From Lama guanicoe (taxonomy: Eukaryota): a stretch of DNA of 64,000 nt. Under the pieces are notes generated by a model. It saw only the letters and a program-made list of their open reading frames with translations. It did not search any database and was not told the DNA's origin. The stretch covers positions 9,612,738 through 9,676,737 of the forward strand of contig MU055600.1 of assembly GCA_013239625.1 (NCBI GenBank). The letters are read 5' to 3'. Positions 62,310 through 64,000 of this stretch are shown here, in pieces (positions within the stretch are counted from its first letter, which is position 1; each line of letters opens with the position of its first letter). The position numbers and the translations under genes were made by a program.

Positions 62310-62660
62310 CTGAGGTTGCAAACCTCACCATATAGGCCATCTGTGGCTCTAGGGTATGTCTTTTTTCAGAATCATTTTTAAAACTTTCGACTTAGTTGCC
62401 AACATCTAAAAGGTGGAAGATTTCACAGTTAAAAACCTCCCTATTTCTAGCTTCCTTTGAAAATCCAAGAATTCTGTCAATGCCGGGCTAGCATTTCTGC
62501 ACAAAGACAATCAGCTCCAGCACAGTGGTGGCCACTGCATTGAGATAGGGTGTGTGTTCTCCAACTTGCCATAGGCCCCACCACTCCCTATTATCCTCCA
62601 CCCCGTCCCTTCACTCATTTACAACACCTGCATGGTTTGCCCTAGCACTTGAATTTAAAG
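62310..62660 (+). mobile_element. MER102-like hAT-Charlie element
   Basis: ttagttgccaacatctaaaaggtggaagatttcaca...ctagcttcctttgaaaatcc...gccataggccccaccactccctatt...ttcactcattta. Confidence 0.75.
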
Positions 62661-63849
62661 CTTTACAGTAAACATAAAGCCAGCACTAGGTTATGGGCTG
62701 TGCATTAAAGACCAGGAATACCATCTCAGCAAGCCTCATGGACTGTCCCTTACATTCCCAAACGTACGCTCCCTCTAGTAATGGTTATAACTATAAAAAT
62801 TATAAACAATGGGCTGGAAACCTCCATCAGAGGGCCAAACCTATCTCAGAAAGAGGAGATGGTTCAGGAACTGAACTGTAGCAGTAAGAGGGCATTGTGT
62901 TCAAAAATCAGGTTCCCAATAGGAAAACATGCTAGAGACTACTTGCAATGCTACTGCTGGGGGGAGAAAATGGCATTTGTATCACCAGCTGGCTGTGCTT
63001 CCACTTTGCCTGGCATGTGTAAGACACTTGATCAAAGGTCACCAAGTGCCAGCCAGCAAGACTTTTTAAGACAGCTGTTAAATTTCATGGGGTAATGATT
63101 TGACCCCAAGTACTCCCATAGTCCTATGACAAGAAGCATGCGACCAAGGCTTCTATAGGATATTGAAATGTCCTTGGAGCTGAAATGTCCCTCTTGCATA
63201 CTTCATGGCTAAGAGTGTTGCACTGAGCTTCCCAACTTCAGTCTACAGCACCTCTTCCTGTAAAGTCGCCTCAATACTGCTGGGAAAATGATGAGACCGC
63301 CCTGGCCCACGTGCAAAGTCTGGTTCCAGCTGTGCACAGATGCTCTGAGGGAGGAAGCTGAGGCTGAATGTAACCCAAGTGTGAGTTAGGTCAGGGAATC
63401 ATGCCAAGGGAAGTCTCAGTGGGAGGCAGCCATAGCCACAGCCGGGTGAGATAAAAGGGCACGGAACACTGAGAGTCTCAGACAAAATTGCAAAAGGCTC
63501 TTCCCTGAAGGGATCCCGAAGGCTCTCGGGACTCTTCCTTGGTGAACATGGCAAGGCTTTCACCCAAAGGGAGGAGGATGTGCCTGGGGGCTTCGCCCTC
63601 AGCATCACTACTATATCAACTATAAGCTGAGCTTGGCTCAAAGGACTGAAATGTCCTTCCACTCCTGGACACAGATGAAGTGACCACTTAGAATCAAAGC
63701 ACTTCACAAGCCACGAAGTGAAATTAGTCACCTGGCAAAACCTGATCACCATTCTCAAAAATAAGTCTAGAAGGGAAAATCTGTAATACCAGAACATCAC
63801 CTCTTGCTTTTTTGAGAGGAGGGAGAGCCACAGCTACGTATATCCTCAT

Positions 63850-63996
63850 TGTGTGTGTGTGTGTGTGTGTGTGATACATATATTATGTATGTGTGTGCGC
63901 ATTATATTTATTATGTGTATGTGTGGGTATATTATGTATATAATATAAAAACAATTATATAGTAACATATTATATGTACATGCACGTATTATATAT
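63850..63996 (+). repeat. (TG)12 followed by TA-rich low-complexity tract
   Basis: Read directly. Confidence 0.9.
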
Positions 63997-64000
63997 CCAC

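Noticed and set aside
62-63800. The many 60-200 aa ORFs in the track (e.g. 42198-42794, 50615-51208, 25048-25617, 51481-51999)
   Set aside because: No recognisable domains, overlapping on both strands, typical chance ORFs of GC-rich intron. Only 10734-10985 and 22157-22477 overlap real exons in the coding frame, and both run past the splice donors.
1-64000. tRNA, rRNA, snoRNA or miRNA genes, or a novel multi-gene system
   Set aside because: None recognisable by eye; an Infernal/Rfam scan would be needed to exclude small RNAs. The window is explained by NTRK3 exons, introns and repeats.

Overview
Mammalian genomic DNA. The L1 3' ends look cetartiodactyl, possibly camelid, but that assignment is tentative. 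The whole window lies inside NTRK3 (TrkC, the NT-3 receptor tyrosine kinase), transcribed on the minus strand. It holds three consecutive kinase-domain exons with canonical AG/GT sites: 22349-22479 (131 bp), 13425-13597 (173 bp) and 10761-11004 (244 bp), i.e. exons 15-17 in the common human numbering. In the large upstream intron is the cassette for the kinase-less truncated isoform (TrkC.T1/NC2). It comprises a 135-bp coding exon at 58967-59101, built from an antisense MIR SINE and missed by the ORF track, and a terminal exon. The terminal exon's coding part appears hidden in the N-gap 57356-57557; its ~2 kb 3'UTR ends at an ATTAAA signal (55344-55349). The rest is intron with ancient repeats (MIR, L2, L1M, MLT1, hAT, Tigger), a few lineage-specific L1 3' ends and microsatellites. 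Nearly all ORFs in the supplied track are spurious. I found no convincing wholly new biological system. The best leads are the exonised MIR exon and its unexplored in-frame splicing to the kinase exons, the gap-hidden terminal exon, and some candidate intronic regulatory elements. Repeat boundaries and family names come from eye-matching to remembered consensus sequences and are approximate.
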